A stretch of DNA of 64,000 nucleotides, from assembly GCA_031459385.1 (NCBI GenBank), contig JAVKIP010000003.1, positions 64,001 to 128,000 on the forward strand, given 5' to 3'. The position numbers were made by a program, and so were the translations under genes. This document shows, one piece after another, positions 49,212 to 58,256 of the stretch. Every line of letters starts with the position of its first letter. Position 1 is the first letter of the stretch. The notes beneath the pieces are model-generated. The model did not search any database and was not told the DNA's origin. It worked only from the letters and a program-made list of their open reading frames with translations. The stretch is from Candidatus Fervidifonticultor secundus (GTDB lineage: Bacteria > Sysuimicrobiota > Sysuimicrobiia > Sysuimicrobiales > Humicultoraceae).

Positions 49212-50325
49212 GGCCGTCGACCTCTACCAGGTCGAGATGCCGCTGCGGTGGCCGTTCGAGACGTCGTTCGGCCGCTCGACCGCCAAGGTCTGCGTGCTGG
49301 TGCGCCTGCTGGCCGACGGCCTCGAGGGGTGGGGCGAGGCCCCGGTGGATCACGCGCCGCTGTACAACGAGGAAACGGTGGAGACCGCGTGGGCCGTGCT
49401 CGAGCGGTTCCTGCTGCCCCCCCTGCTGGGACAGCCCGCCCCGGCCCCGCGCGCCTTCGCCAAGCAGGTGGCCCACATCCGCCGCCACCACATGGCCAAG
49501 GCGGCGGTCGAGGCGGCGCTGTGGGACCTTCACGCCCGGGCCCAGGGCGTGCCGCTGGCGCGGCTGCTGGGCGGGGTCCGCGACCGGGTACCGGTGGGCG
49601 TCAGCCTGGGCATCGAGCCCACGGTGGACGCGCTGCTGGACCGCGTTGAGCGGTTCCTCGCCCTGGGCTACCGCCGCATCAAGATCAAGATCAAGCCGGG
49701 GTGGGTGCTGGAACCGGTGGAGGCGGTCCGGCGGCGGTTCGGCCCCGTGCAGCTCCAGGTGGACGCCAACTCGGCCTTTTCCCTGGCGGACGCGCCGCTG
49801 CTGCGGGCGCTGGACGACTACGACCTCCTCTTGATCGAGCAGCCGCTGGAGGAGGACGACATCGTCGACCACGCCAAGCTCCAGGCGCAGCTGCGCACTC
49901 CCATCTGCCTGGACGAGTCCATTGTGCACGCCCGCGCGGCGCGCGCGGCGCTGGAGCTGCGGGCATGCCGGGTGATCAACATCAAGCAGGCGCGGGTGGG
50001 CGGCCTGGCGGAGGCGGCGGCGACCCACGACCTCTGCCAGAGCCACGGCGTACCGGTCTGGTGCGGCGGCATGCTGGAGACCGGGCCCGGCCGCGCGGCC
50101 AACCTGGCGCTGGCGTCGCTGCCCAACTTCACGCTGCCCGGCGATATCTCGGCCAGCGATCGGTACTTCGACGAGGACCTGATCGACCCCCCGGTGGTGC
50201 TGAACGCCGACGGGACGATCACGGTGCCGGCCGGTGCGGGCCTGGGCGTGCACGTGGTGGGAGAGCGCGTGGAGCGGTACGCGGTGCGCCGGGCCAGGGT
50301 CGCAGCCCCCGGGGTCCGCGCCTGA
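49201..50325 (+). CDS. menC: o-succinylbenzoate synthase / N-succinylamino acid racemase (NSAR/OSBS)
   Basis: PFETSFG, GWGE, YNEET, GVSLGI, RIKIKIKPG, VDANS, IEQP, LDES, NIKQARVGG, WCGGMLE, LPGDISAS. Confidence 0.92.
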   Translation: MRIEAVDLYQVEMPLRWPFETSFGRSTAKVCVLVRLLADGLEGWGEAPVDHAPLYNEETVETAWAVLERFLLPPLLGQPAPAPRAFAKQVAHIRRHHMAKAAVEAALWDLHARAQGVPLARLLGGVRDRVPVGVSLGIEPTVDALLDRVERFLALGYRRIKIKIKPGWVLEPVEAVRRRFGPVQLQVDANSAFSLADAPLLRALDDYDLLLIEQPLEEDDIVDHAKLQAQLRTPICLDESIVHARAARAALELRACRVINIKQARVGGLAEAAATHDLCQSHGVPVWCGGMLETGPGRAANLALASLPNFTLPGDISASDRYFDEDLIDPPVVLNADGTITVPAGAGLGVHVVGERVERYAVRRARVAAPGVRA

Positions 50326-50408
50326 CGGATGACGATGATCCTGGCACGCCGGCAGCCGACGCGCGTTGCAGCGGGCGGTCGCAGGGCGCGCACCGGGAGG
50401 GACGCACG

Positions 50409-51287
50409 ATGCGCACACGGTGGATGATGGTGCTGGCGGTGGTGGTCATGGCGGTGCCCGGGCTGGCGCAGGCCGGCCCCGCGCCGCAGAAGCTGGTGCT
50501 GGGCATGGTGCCCTCCCGAGAGATCGGGCGGATGATGGAGAACCTGGTGCCCCTCTCGCGGATGCTGACCGAGCGGATCGGGCTGCCGGTGGAGCCCTAC
50601 GTGGCCACCAACTTCACCGGCCTGATCGAGGCCATGGGGACCGGCAGGGCTGACATCGGCATCTTCGGGCCGTTCGCGCTGGTCCTGGCCGAGGAGCGGC
50701 ACAAGGTGCGGATCATCGCCAAGTCCATCCGCCGCAGCCGGGGGGCGTTCGTGACCAGTTACCACGCGGCCATCAACGTCCGGGTGGACAGCCCCTACCA
50801 GCGACTGGCCGACCTCAAGGGTGCCCGCTTCGCCTTCGTGGACCCGGCCTCCACATCCGGGTACCTCTTCCCGTACATGATGCTCCTGGACGCCGGCGTC
50901 AACCCGGAGCGCGACCTGAAGGTCATCTTCGCGGGATCCCACGATGCGGCCGTGGTGGCTGTCTACAAGAAGGACGTCGATGCCAGCGCCACTCACGACA
51001 ACGCCATTCCCGACATCAGACGTGAGATTCCCGACGTCGACCGGGTGGTCAGGATCCTGGTCCGGAGCGCACCGATCCCCAACGACGGCGTGGCGGTCCG
51101 CCGCGGGCTGGCCGACGACCTGGTGGGGAAGATCCAGGAGGCGTTCGTCGACCTGGGCAAGCACCCCGAGGGCGTCAAGCTGCTGGATGCGCTGTACAAC
51201 GTGGTGGGCTACGCCAGGTCCGACGGCACCGAGTTCGCCATCATCCGCCGCACCTACCAGCTGATGCGGGACAAGATCCGCATTTGA
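50409..51287 (+). CDS. phnD: Phosphate/phosphite/phosphonate ABC substrate-binding protein
   Basis: Signal peptide; VPS, IEAM, AFVDPASTSGYLFP, FAGSHDA, IPND. Confidence 0.9.
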   Translation: MRTRWMMVLAVVVMAVPGLAQAGPAPQKLVLGMVPSREIGRMMENLVPLSRMLTERIGLPVEPYVATNFTGLIEAMGTGRADIGIFGPFALVLAEERHKVRIIAKSIRRSRGAFVTSYHAAINVRVDSPYQRLADLKGARFAFVDPASTSGYLFPYMMLLDAGVNPERDLKVIFAGSHDAAVVAVYKKDVDASATHDNAIPDIRREIPDVDRVVRILVRSAPIPNDGVAVRRGLADDLVGKIQEAFVDLGKHPEGVKLLDALYNVVGYARSDGTEFAIIRRTYQLMRDKIRI

Positions 51288-51289
51288 GG

Positions 51290-52084
51290 ATGCCGCCGGC
51301 CTCGCCGGTGCCGCAGATCGAGCTGCGCGGGGTCTCGGTCGCGTTCCCGGGCGGCGTGCAGGCCCTGCGCGGCGTCGACCTGGCGGTCGATCGCGGCGAG
51401 TTCGTGGCCATCGCGGGCCTCTCGGGCGCGGGGAAGTCCACCCTCCTGCGCACCATCAACCGCCTGGTGGAGCCCTCCGCCGGCCGGGTGTTCTTCGAGG
51501 GTGAGGACCTGACTGCCGCGCCGCCGGCACGGCTGCGGGAGGTGCGGGCGCAGATCGGCATGATCTTTCAGACCTTCAACCTGGTCAAGCGCGCCTCCGT
51601 CCTCCACAACGTCCTGTGCGGACGTGTGGCCCGCCTGTCCACGCTGCGGGCGGTGCTGGGATGGTTTCGCCGCCAGGACCTGGAGCTGGCCCACGCGGTG
51701 CTCCACAAGCTGGAGATCGGCGACAAGGCCTTCGTGCGTGCTGACGCCCTGAGCGGCGGGCAACAGCAGCGGGTGGGCATCGCCAGGGCGCTGGCCCAGC
51801 AGCCCACGGTCCTGCTGGCCGACGAGCCGGTGGCCTCCCTCGACCCCCCGACGTCGCACCTGGTGATGCGCGACCTGCGCCGCATCAACCGAGAGGACGG
51901 CATCACCGTCCTTGTCAGCCTGCACTTCGTGGACCTGGCGCGCAGCTACGCCGACCGCATCGTGGGCCTGCGGGCCGGCGCGGTGGTCTTCGACGGTCCG
52001 GCCGCTGGCGTCGACGAGCCCACCTTCCGGCACATCTACGGCCGACCGCTGCGGGCCGAGGACTTCCGGGATGCCGAGGGCTAA
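51290..52084 (+). CDS. phnC: Phosphonate ABC ATP-binding protein
   Basis: GLSGAGKSTLLR, IGMIFQTFNLV, LSGGQQQRVGIARAL, LADEPVASLDP. Confidence 0.93.
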   Translation: MPPASPVPQIELRGVSVAFPGGVQALRGVDLAVDRGEFVAIAGLSGAGKSTLLRTINRLVEPSAGRVFFEGEDLTAAPPARLREVRAQIGMIFQTFNLVKRASVLHNVLCGRVARLSTLRAVLGWFRRQDLELAHAVLHKLEIGDKAFVRADALSGGQQQRVGIARALAQQPTVLLADEPVASLDPPTSHLVMRDLRRINREDGITVLVSLHFVDLARSYADRIVGLRAGAVVFDGPAAGVDEPTFRHIYGRPLRAEDFRDAEG

Positions 52085-52832
52085 GGCCAGGCTGGCGCTG
52101 GGGGTGCTCCTGGTCGGCGCCCTCTACACCTGGAGCATCGTCGGGCTGCGGGCCTATCCGGCCACGGTGTGGGCGGGGCTCCCGGTCTTCCTGCGGCTGT
52201 TCGCGGACATGGTGCCGCCCAACCTGGCGATCCTGCCGGCGCTGGTCGATCCCCTCGTCCAAACGCTCCAGATCGCGTTCGTGGGCACCGCGCAGGGCGC
52301 GGTGCTGGCGGTCCCGCTCATCCTGCTGGCAGCCCGGAACGTGACCCGCGCGCCGTGGCTGTACCTCGCCGCACGGGGGCTGTTGAACCTCCTGCGCACC
52401 ATCCCCGACCTCCTCTACGCTGCCGTGCTGGTGGCTGCGGTGGGCATCGGGCCCTTTGCGGGCATCCTGGCCCTTACCATCTTCTCGCTGGCCGTGATCG
52501 CCAAGCTCACCAGCGAAAGCCTGGAAGCCATCGACCCGGGACCGCTCGAGGCGCTGGAGGCTGCCGGCGCCACCCGCCTGACCATGGTCCGCTTTGCCGT
52601 CATCCCGCAGATCCTGCCGGTCTACCTCAGTTACACGTTGTTCGTCTTCGAGATCAACATCCGGGTCTCGTTCGTGCTGGGGCTCGTCGGCGCCGGCGGC
52701 ATCGGGCAAACGTTGAACACCACCCTCCAGCTGTTCCGTTACCAGAGTGCCCTCACCATCATCCTGGTCATGCTGGCCATCGTGATCGCCATCGATACGG
52801 GCAGTGCCCGGCTCCGGCAGGTACTGACGTAA
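52071..52832 (+). CDS. phnE: Phosphonate ABC permease
   Basis: RTIPDL, EAIDPGPLEAL, PQILP, FEINIR..VLGLVGAGGIG. Confidence 0.92.
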   Translation: MPRAKARLALGVLLVGALYTWSIVGLRAYPATVWAGLPVFLRLFADMVPPNLAILPALVDPLVQTLQIAFVGTAQGAVLAVPLILLAARNVTRAPWLYLAARGLLNLLRTIPDLLYAAVLVAAVGIGPFAGILALTIFSLAVIAKLTSESLEAIDPGPLEALEAAGATRLTMVRFAVIPQILPVYLSYTLFVFEINIRVSFVLGLVGAGGIGQTLNTTLQLFRYQSALTIILVMLAIVIAIDTGSARLRQVLT

Positions 52833-52836
52833 GCCG

Positions 52837-53622
52837 ATGCGGTCCGCCGCTGCCGGGCCGCTGGTCCCGCCGGGCCGCTGGAAGACGTGGGCCGGCCTGG
52901 CGGCGTTCGCCCTGGCCTACCTGTGGGCCATCCAGCGGGTCGAGATCAGCGCCGCGCGCCTGGTGGGGGGCCTCCCCCTGCTGGCCCGCATCCTGGGCCT
53001 GATGTTGTCGCCGGACTGGTCCTGGCTGGGCCGATCGGTGGCCGGCATGGCCGTCTCGGTCCAGATCGCGGTGCTGGGCACCACCACCGGGATGGTCCTG
53101 GCCGTCCCCCTGGCGTTCGTGGCCGCGGCGAACATCGGCCGGCCTGCCGCCAGCCTGGTGGGCAAGCAGCTGCTGAATCTCATCCGGACGTTCCCGGAGA
53201 TCATCCTGGCGGTGTTCTTCGTGGCAGCGTACGGGCCGGGGCCCCTGGCGGGCATGATGGCCATCGGCCTGCACTCGTCCGGCAGCCTCGGCAAGCTCTA
53301 CGCCGAGGTGGTGGAGACCATCGACCCCGGGCCCCTGGAGGCCCTGCGGGCCGCCGGCGCGACCCGGTGGAGGGTCTTCCGTTTCGCAGTGCTCCCCCAG
53401 GTGCTGCCGGAGTTCCTGGCCCTCTCCCTCTACCGGCTCGAGATCAATGCCCGCGCCGCCTCGGTGCTGGGCCTGGTGGGCGCCGGCGGCATCGGGACGC
53501 TGCTGGTGCAGGCGCTGCAGTTCCGCCGGTGGGAGGTGGTCGGTGTGGCCCTGCTCGTCATCGTCGTCGCCGTCGTTGTCATCGACACCGTCAGCGCCGC
53601 GCTGCGACGGCGGCTGGTCTGA
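52837..53622 (+). CDS. phnE: Phosphonate ABC permease
   Basis: RTFPE, LGKLYAE..IDPGPLEAL, PQVLP, LEINAR..VLGLVGAGGIG. Confidence 0.92.
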   Translation: MRSAAAGPLVPPGRWKTWAGLAAFALAYLWAIQRVEISAARLVGGLPLLARILGLMLSPDWSWLGRSVAGMAVSVQIAVLGTTTGMVLAVPLAFVAAANIGRPAASLVGKQLLNLIRTFPEIILAVFFVAAYGPGPLAGMMAIGLHSSGSLGKLYAEVVETIDPGPLEALRAAGATRWRVFRFAVLPQVLPEFLALSLYRLEINARAASVLGLVGAGGIGTLLVQALQFRRWEVVGVALLVIVVAVVVIDTVSAALRRRLV

Positions 53623-53641
53623 GTCAGCCGCAGGACGGCCC

Positions 53642-56398
53642 TCACGGCCCCGTCGCCTGGCGCAGCTCCTCCAGCAGGGCGCCCAACCGCTCCATCTCGC
53701 GGCCGTAGCCGGTCAGGTCGCCGGCCCGCAGCCGCTCCTGCGCGCGGCGGTAGGTGGCCAGCGCGTCCGCCGCCAGGACACGGGCCCGATCCGAGGTCAC
53801 GCCGCCCGGTGTTGCGCCAGACGGGGGCCCGGCCGCACTGCCCGGAGCCGGGCCGGATGGCGCGGCCGCGGCGCCTGCATCCGGCGGGGCCGGGCGCCCT
53901 GGCGGCTGCGTCCCGAACAACGCAGCCAACGCCTCGTCCAGCGTGGGGGCCATGACGATGCGCGCGCCGCTGATGGCGATGATGCGCTTCAGCTCCGGCA
54001 ACTGGCTGCGCTCCGCCTGCAGGTACAGGGGCTCCACGTAGAGCAGCCCCTCCTCGATGGGGATGACCAGCAGGTTGCCGCGGATCACCTGCGAGCCCTG
54101 CTGGTTCCACAACGAGAGCTGCTGGGAGATGAACGGATCCTGATCGATGCGCGACTCGACCTGCAGCGGGCCGAACACCGTCCGCGCCTTGGGGAACCGG
54201 TAGACGACCAGCTGGCCGTAGTGCGGTGGATCGTTGCGGGCGGCCATCCAGGCGATCAGGTTCTCGCGGCCGGCCGAGACCAGGGGCAGGATCAGCACGA
54301 ACTCAGGGGCGGAGCCTTCCGCCAGGCGCATCGTGACGTAATAGGGCTCCATGCGGATCGTCTCGTTGCCGAAGATCTCCCGCGGGATCGCCCACACATC
54401 CTCCCGGTTGTAGAAGACCTGCGGATCGCGCATGTGGTACGTGGCGTACACCTGCGCCTGGACCTCGAACAGGTCCACCGGGTACCGCAGGTGGGCGGCG
54501 ATCGCGGGCGGCATCTGCGTCGCCGGCCGGAACAGCTCCGGGAAGACGGCGGCCAGCGTCCGCAGGATGGGCTCGTCGGGCTGCACCGCATAGAACGTCA
54601 CCGCGCCGTCGTAGGCGTCCACGACGACCTTGACGCTGTTGCGCATGTAGTTCACGTCGCCAAACGGCGCCGCGTACGGGTAGCGGCCGGTGACGGTATA
54701 GGCGTCGATCACCCAGACGAGCCGGCCGTCGGCCACCACCAGGTAGGGGTCGCGATCGTAGCGCAGGAAGGGCGCGATGCGCGCCACGCGCTGCGTGATC
54801 TGCCGCGCGAAGAGCAGGCGGCTCCCGGCGTGGATGTCGGTGGACAGTGCCAGCTTCAGGTCGCCGAACCGGTAAGCGAGCGCCAGGCGGGGCAGGTACC
54901 CCAGACGGATGCCCCCTTTGCCTGCGTAACGCGTGTACGCGTTGTCGTCGCCCTGCGGGTAGTCGAACTCGCGCACGCGGGTGTTGACCACGACGTAGTC
55001 GGTGGTCAGCTCGCCGTAGTAGATCTCGGGCCGGGTGACGACGATCCCGCGGACTGTCTGCAGGGGGATGTCGCGGACGAAGAATTCGGGCATCCCCTCT
55101 TCCGAGATCTCGTTCACCGGGCTCATGACGAGCCCATAGCCGTGCGTGTAGACCAGGTGGCGGTTGACCCAGTTCCGGGCCTGCGGGGGCAGCTGGGCGG
55201 TCGCCAGCTCGCGGGCGGCCAGCATCACCTGCCGCGGCCGGCCGTTGATGACGTACCGGTCGATGTCCACGTCGGAGAAGACGTAGTAACGGCGGAAGCT
55301 CTGCAGCTGGCCATAGGCGCGCAGCAGCGGGCGGTAGTCCCACAGGCGGACGTTCTCCACCGTGGCGCGGTTGCGGGCGATGGCCGAGGCCTCCAGCGGC
55401 GCGGTGGGGAACTCGCGCTCGCGCACCCCCTCGAGCCCGAAGGCGCGCAGCGTGGACGCCACGGCATGCCGGATGTACGGCGTCTCCGCCGTGAGCTCGT
55501 TGGGCCGTACGCGCACCGCCTGCACGAAGCCCGGGTAGACCACCAGGCCCACCGCCCACGCGGCCACGATCAGGAACACGGTGGCCAGGGCGAACCGCAC
55601 GGTACGCAGCCAGGCGTTGGCCACGAGCAGCAGGCCGCAGGCGGCGAAGAGCACCGTCAACACCCGCAGGGCCGGCAGCACCGCGTGCACGTCGGTGTAG
55701 GAGGCCCCGAACGCCGCCCCCCGCGTCGAGTAGAGCAGGTCGAACCCATCAAGCCAGAACCCGGCGCCCCGCACCAGCACCGCAGCGCCGAGCAGCAGCG
55801 AGAGGTGCGCGCGGACCCCCGGCGGGGCCACCCACACCCCGCGCAGCATCAGCCGCCCGTACGCCGACGCGTAGCCCACCGCTGCGCCGGCAGTGAGCAC
55901 CACCAGCCAGGCGAACAACCCGTCGGCGATGAGCCGGTAGACCGGGAGCCGGAACACGTAGAAGCCCACGTCACGGCCGAAGAGCGGGTCGACCTGGCCG
56001 AACGGCGTCGCGCGCAGGAACTGCTGGAGGGCCACCCACTCCCGCGAGGCCGCGATCCCACCCGCCGCAGCGACGGCCACGAGCGCCCATCCCCACCAGC
56101 CGGTGGGCCCCCGCCGCGGGCGTACCCCCCGGTAGCGGCCGCCGCCACGGTCGATCAGTTCCAGCACCTCGGCGCGGCTGGCGCGGAGCACGGGACGCAG
56201 GTTGACGTACGCCAGCCCCCAGAGCACGCCACCGACCACGACGGCCACTGCCAGTCGGGAGATCAGCGGCACCCAGAAGACCCGCACATAGCCGACCTCG
56301 TGGAACCACAGCCAGTCCGTGTACCACCGGGCCAGCGCGGGCCCCAGGATCAGGAAGACGATGACGAGCGCCCACAGCAGCCACCGCAGTCGAGGCAT
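53642..56398 (-). CDS. UPF0182 family membrane protein
   Basis: YTDWLWF, DPLFGRDVGFYVF, GASYTD, NVRLWD, HLVYTHGYG, PEIYYGE, NYMRNSVK, HLRYP, GNLLVIP. Confidence 0.94.
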   Translation of the reverse strand: MPRLRWLLWALVIVFLILGPALARWYTDWLWFHEVGYVRVFWVPLISRLAVAVVVGGVLWGLAYVNLRPVLRASRAEVLELIDRGGGRYRGVRPRRGPTGWWGWALVAVAAAGGIAASREWVALQQFLRATPFGQVDPLFGRDVGFYVFRLPVYRLIADGLFAWLVVLTAGAAVGYASAYGRLMLRGVWVAPPGVRAHLSLLLGAAVLVRGAGFWLDGFDLLYSTRGAAFGASYTDVHAVLPALRVLTVLFAACGLLLVANAWLRTVRFALATVFLIVAAWAVGLVVYPGFVQAVRVRPNELTAETPYIRHAVASTLRAFGLEGVREREFPTAPLEASAIARNRATVENVRLWDYRPLLRAYGQLQSFRRYYVFSDVDIDRYVINGRPRQVMLAARELATAQLPPQARNWVNRHLVYTHGYGLVMSPVNEISEEGMPEFFVRDIPLQTVRGIVVTRPEIYYGELTTDYVVVNTRVREFDYPQGDDNAYTRYAGKGGIRLGYLPRLALAYRFGDLKLALSTDIHAGSRLLFARQITQRVARIAPFLRYDRDPYLVVADGRLVWVIDAYTVTGRYPYAAPFGDVNYMRNSVKVVVDAYDGAVTFYAVQPDEPILRTLAAVFPELFRPATQMPPAIAAHLRYPVDLFEVQAQVYATYHMRDPQVFYNREDVWAIPREIFGNETIRMEPYYVTMRLAEGSAPEFVLILPLVSAGRENLIAWMAARNDPPHYGQLVVYRFPKARTVFGPLQVESRIDQDPFISQQLSLWNQQGSQVIRGNLLVIPIEEGLLYVEPLYLQAERSQLPELKRIIAISGARIVMAPTLDEALAALFGTQPPGRPAPPDAGAAAAPSGPAPGSAAGPPSGATPGGVTSDRARVLAADALATYRRAQERLRAGDLTGYGREMERLGALLEELRQATGP

Positions 56399-56491
56399 GA
56401 CCCACCCGCCCCTCCGCGTTCCTCGTGCGCCGGTCCGCCGCAGCGTGCCGGCGCCCGGCCCCGACCGCCCCGCGCCCGCAGAGCCGGGCGT

Positions 56492-56521
56492 TTGACCCTG
56501 CCTGCGGAGGACCGGTATAAT
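56492..56521 (+). promoter_or_regulatory. Sigma70/sigmaA promoter for the DUF59 gene
   Basis: TTGACC-N18-TATAAT about 45 nt upstream of ATG 56565. Confidence 0.7.
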
Positions 56522-56564
56522 GAAACGAACCCTGCGGCCCGGGGCCGGTGCGAAGGAATTCGCG

Positions 56565-56882
56565 ATGGAGGACGCAATCACCCGCGAGCGCGTCGTCGAG
56601 GTCTTGAAGACGGTCTTCGACCCGGAGATCCCCGTGAACATCTGGGATCTGGGGTTGATCTACGACCTGCGCATCGACGGCGAGAACGTCGGCATCACGA
56701 TGACCCTGACCGCACCCGGCTGCCCCGTGGGTCCGATGATCGCCGCCGAGATCGAGAACAAGCTACAGGCGATCGGCGCCGAGGCTGTCACTGTGGAGTT
56801 CGTCTGGACCCCGCCGTGGACGACCGACAAGGTGACCGACGAAGGCCGGCTGCAGCTCCAGACGATGGGCATTCCCGTCTAG
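56565..56882 (+). CDS. DUF59/SufT metal-sulfur cluster assembly factor
   Basis: VFDPEIPVNIWDLGLIY, MTLTAPGCP, VWTPPWT. Confidence 0.93.
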   Translation: MEDAITRERVVEVLKTVFDPEIPVNIWDLGLIYDLRIDGENVGITMTLTAPGCPVGPMIAAEIENKLQAIGAEAVTVEFVWTPPWTTDKVTDEGRLQLQTMGIPV

Positions 56883-56977
56883 CCGCCCGGCCGGTCCGCC
56901 GCGCCGTCGACCGCAGCCTGCCAGGAGGCGCGCCATCACCGTAGACGGCATCCCGTTGGCCCTCGTGGAGGACCGCG

Positions 56978-57499
56978 GTGCCTGACCGACCGCGGCAGGG
57001 CAAGGGCCGACCGCGGTCTCCACAGGCCGTGGCGGCGCGGCGTCCCAGCCCCGCGCCGTGGGCCGCCGCCGCCGTCGCGCTCGTGGCCGTGGTGGGAGTG
57101 CTGGTGGTGCTGGGGAGCCGGCCGGCGCCGCGCCTCCCGCGCATCGGAGACCACTGGCACGCGCCGTTCCGGGTCGTGCTGTGCGGCGAGCGCACGCCGC
57201 CGCTGCCGCCGTCGCCGGGCAACGTCCACACCCACGGCGACGACGTCATCCACATCCATCCTGCCCTGCCCGAGGAGGCAGGCCGCAACGCGACCCTGGG
57301 CGCCTTCCTGCGCAGCGTCGGCATGCAGGTGACCGAGACGTCCCTCACAGTGCGCGGCGTGACCTACACCACCGGTGACCGCTGTCCCGACGGCCGCACC
57401 GGGCGCGTGGCCGTGCTGGTGAACGGGAAGCCCATCCAGAAGGTCGACGCCTACGCGCCGGCAGACGGCGACCAGATCGAGTTCCGGTTCGGCCCGTGA
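56978..57499 (+). CDS. Membrane-anchored His-rich hypothetical protein
   Basis: N-terminal TM helix; DHWHA...C, VHTHGDDVIHIHP, NATLGAF, CPDG, VNG..Y.PADGD; GGAGG RBS. Confidence 0.75.
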   Translation: MPDRPRQGKGRPRSPQAVAARRPSPAPWAAAAVALVAVVGVLVVLGSRPAPRLPRIGDHWHAPFRVVLCGERTPPLPPSPGNVHTHGDDVIHIHPALPEEAGRNATLGAFLRSVGMQVTETSLTVRGVTYTTGDRCPDGRTGRVAVLVNGKPIQKVDAYAPADGDQIEFRFGP

Positions 57500-57930
57500 G
57501 CCTCCGCGGGCGGCCGCGCCTCCCGTCGACCGGGGTCTTCCTGCTGGCCGCTGTCCTCCTGGCGGCGGCGTGCAGCCGCGCGCGCGGGCAGGCGCTGGGC
57601 GACCTCCGCTTCTTCCCCGGTGCCACCGTGGTGGGCACCGCCGCATTCGTCGGCGAAGCCTACGGGTTTCCCCGCGCCGCCTGGGAGCAGGTCGAGCTCC
57701 GCTCCGAGGCGCGCTACGAGCAGGTGCGCGACTTCTACCAGCGGTTGCAGATCGGGGGCTGGACGGGCACGTTCGAGAGCGAGACGCGCAAGAGTGACGG
57801 CCGGCGCTACACGCGCTACCTCGTGGACAGCCGCCGCCAGCGCTTCTACGTCGTCGTCGTGGAAGAACGGCGGCGCGCCCACGACGTCGCGATCCTGCTG
57901 CGGCGGGGCCGCGGCCAGGGCCGCCCCTGA
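57496..57930 (+). CDS. Hypothetical lipoprotein
   Basis: Lipobox-like LLAAAC after a hydrophobic stretch; GTGA overlap with the upstream gene. Confidence 0.65.
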   Translation: MSLRGRPRLPSTGVFLLAAVLLAAACSRARGQALGDLRFFPGATVVGTAAFVGEAYGFPRAAWEQVELRSEARYEQVRDFYQRLQIGGWTGTFESETRKSDGRRYTRYLVDSRRQRFYVVVVEERRRAHDVAILLRRGRGQGRP

Positions 57931-57952
57931 GCGCCGGGGACGCCCGCGGCTG

Positions 57953-57982
57953 TTGCCATCGCGCGGGGGCGCATGCTATGCT
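57953..57982 (+). promoter_or_regulatory. Sigma70-type promoter of the small-peptide transcript
   Basis: TTGCCA-N18-TATGCT with TG extension (TGcTATGCT). Confidence 0.6.
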
Positions 57983-58037
57983 CCACCCATCGACCACCGT
58001 GTCCAGGTGGCTGACGAGAAAGGAGGTGAGGCCGACG

Positions 58038-58082
58038 ATGAAACCGCAGACCCCGGCCCACCGGTGGAGGATGTCCCGGTAG
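58038..58082 (+). CDS. Putative 14-aa small peptide MKPQTPAHRWRMSR
   Basis: AGAAAGGAGGTGA Shine-Dalgarno 8 nt before ATG, with a promoter upstream and a terminator downstream. Confidence 0.55.
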   Translation: MKPQTPAHRWRMSR

Positions 58083-58104
58083 CGACCCCGCGCACGCGCG
58101 GGAG

Positions 58105-58140
58105 GCGTCCTGGCTCGGTGGGCCGGGGCGCTTTTCTTTT
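58105..58140 (+). terminator. Intrinsic (Rho-independent) terminator
   Basis: GCGTCCTGGCTC-ggt-GGGCCGGGGCGC stem (with G-U pairs) followed by TTTTCTTTT. Confidence 0.8.
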
Positions 58141-58256
58141 GGGCCCAGACCGCGCTCGGGCTGCGCCCCCGCGGCAGGAGTTCGGGCGCGCCACCGCGTA
58201 TCACCGCGCAAGCGGGTCGCCCCGACCGTGGGCCCGACAGCGTCGCACACCCGATC

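Noticed and set aside
58017..58029. Match to the complement of the 16S rRNA 3' end
   Set aside because: The flanks do not resemble rRNA; interpreted as a strong Shine-Dalgarno, not an rRNA fragment.
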